In this document: in pieces, positions 62,000 to 64,000 of the stretch
How the letters are laid out: every line of letters starts with the position of its first letter
Position numbering within the stretch: the stretch's first letter is position 1
NCBI GenBank assembly: GCA_038087875.1
Contig: CM075991.1
Span: forward strand, 124,001-188,000
Direction: 5' to 3'
DNA length: 64,000 nucleotides
Origin: Malacoraja senta
Taxonomy: Eukaryota
The notes under the pieces: model-generated
What the model was told of the DNA's origin: nothing
The model's database searches: none
What the model saw: the letters and a program-made list of their open reading frames with translations, nothing else
Translations under genes and position numbers: made by a program

Positions 62000-64000
62000 A
62001 AAACCGACAACTCAACTCAAAGCAGCTGATTGGGAGTCAGATCCCTGCTGATTTCCTCCACCAGTTTTGTATTGTATCCAGGGTAAGGGGGGAGAGTGAG
62101 GGCCAGGGCAGTTTACTGTTCTGGATGTCAGATGTGGGAGGTCATGGAGTCTGATACCCCTCCAGACGTTCACATCTGTGTCAGGTGGGTAGAGATGGGG
62201 TTCCTAAGGGACCGTGTTAGGAACCTGGAGCAGCAGCTCAATGACCTCTGTCTGATCAGGGAGATTGAGGAGGTCATAGAAAAGAGTTATAGGGAGGTGG
62301 CCACTCTAAGACCACGGGAGGCAGATAAGTGGGTCACGGTTAGGAAGGGCAAGGGGCAGAGGCAGCGACTAGTGAGTACCCCAGTGGCTGTACACCTTGA
62401 AAATAAGTACACCTGTTTCAGTACTGTTGAGGGGGACAGCCTTCCTGCGGGTAGCAACAGCGGCCGAGCCTCCGGCAAAGAGACCAGCCCTATTGCTCAG
62501 AAGGGTAGGGAAAAGAAGAGGAGGGCAATAGTAATAGGGGACTCTATGGTTAGGGGGTCGGATAGGCGATTCTGTGGACGCAGTCAGGAGACCCGGATGG
62601 TAGTTTGCCTCCCTGGTGCCAGGGTCAGGGATGTGTCTCAACGCGTCCAAGATATCCTGAAATCGGAGGGAGAGGAGCCTGAGGTTGTGGTACATATAGG
62701 TACCAATGACATAGGTAGAAAAAGAGAAGAGGTCTTGAAAGGAGAATTGAGGGAGTTGGGAGGAGAGTTAAGGAGAAGGACTACAAAGGTAACAATATCA
62801 GGATTACTACCTGTGCCACGCGACGGTGAGAGTAGGAATGGAGTGAGGTGAAGGATAAATGCGTGGCTGAGGAACTGGTGCAGCGGGCAGGGATTCAAAT
62901 TTCTGGATCATTGGGACCTCTTGTGGGGAAGGTGTGACCTGTACAGAAAGGACGGGTTGCATTTGAACCCGAGGGGGACCAATATCCTGGCGGGGAGATT
63001 TGCAAAGGCTACTGGGGAGACTTTAAACTAGAACGGTTGGGGGGAGGGACTCAAATAGAGAAAGCTAGTGGAAAATGTGGGAGGCAGGAGGCAGAGAAGG
63101 TAAGCACTTGGACCCAAAATGTAGGGGAGAAAGAAGAAAAAGATAATAAACAGAGAATAAGTGGTGGTGGGTTTCTTAAATGTGTATATTTTAATGCTAG
63201 GAGCATTGTAAGAAAGGTGGATGAGCTTAGAGCCTGGATTGACAACTGGAAGTATGATTTTGTGGCGATCAGTGAAACATGGTTGCAGGAGGGCTGTGAT
63301 TGGCAAATAAATATTCCAGGATTTTGTTGCTTCAGGGGTGATAGAATTGGAGGGGCAAGAGGTGGGGGTGTTGCATTGCTTGTCAAGGAAGATATTACAG
63401 CAGTGCTTTGGCAGGATAGATTAGAGGGCTCGTCTAGGGAGGCTATTTGGGTGGAACTGAGAAATGGGAAAGGTGTAGCAACACTTATAGGGGTGTATTA
63501 TAGACCGCCAAATGGGGAGCGAGAATTGGAAGAGCAAATATGTAAGGAGATAGCAGATATTAGTAGTAAGCACAATGTAGTGATTGTGGGAGATTTCAAT
63601 TTTCCACACATAGACTGGGAAACACATTCTGTAAAAGGGCTGGATGGTTTGGAGTTTGTAAAATGTGTGCAAGATAGATATGCTGGACCTCCTGTTAGGA
63701 AATGAGACAGGGCAGGTGGCGGAGGTATGCGTCGGGAAGCACTTCGGGTCCAGTGATCACAATACCATTAGTTTCAATATAATTATGGAGAGGGTCAGAA
63801 CTGGTCCTAGGGTTGAGATTTTTGTTTGGAGAAAGGCTAACTTTGAGGAGATGCGAAAGGATTTAAAAGGAGTGAATTGGGACATGTTGTTTTATGGGAA
63901 GGATGTAGAAGAAAAATGGACGACATTTAAGGGTGAAATTTTAAGAGTACAGAATCTTTATGTCCCTGTTCGGTTGAAAGGAAATAGTAAAAAATGGAAA
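62000..64000 (+). mobile_element. CR1 5' half (ORF1 62096-63031 with one stop; ORF2 endonuclease); runs off-window
   Basis: Same family as 32911; GDS, GTND and DGLH esterase motifs; ORF2 CVYFNARSI, ISETW, YYRPP, GDFN. Confidence 0.92.

Overview
Vertebrate genomic DNA, most likely a cartilaginous fish such as a skate or ray (inferred from HER1/CR1-type LINEs, V-SINE/HE1-like fragments and a GPR139-like receptor typical of elasmobranchs). About 55 kb is a deeply nested transposon cluster. It holds the 5' half of a DIRS element, several CR1 subfamilies (three retain a zinc-finger/esterase ORF1), an RTE-X-like LINE and two full-length L1 elements nested antiparallel inside a CR1. It also holds Rex1/Babar fragments, a BEL/Pao remnant carrying a solo LTR and an L1, and a composite Helitron of about 10.6 kb that carries a THAP fold-back DNA transposon. 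The only intact host gene is a two-exon class A GPCR on the minus strand (58569-58503 + 57372-56474, 321 aa) with a TATA/Inr core promoter. An Ig V-set exon remnant lies next to it on the plus strand. The most notable hidden signal: all three CR1 ORF1/ORF2 junctions end in an in-phase U_UUA_AAC slippery heptamer, then the stop codon and a G-tract, with ORF2 in the -1 frame, which suggests programmed -1 ribosomal frameshifting. Family names come from motif recognition, not database searches, and many boundaries are approximate.
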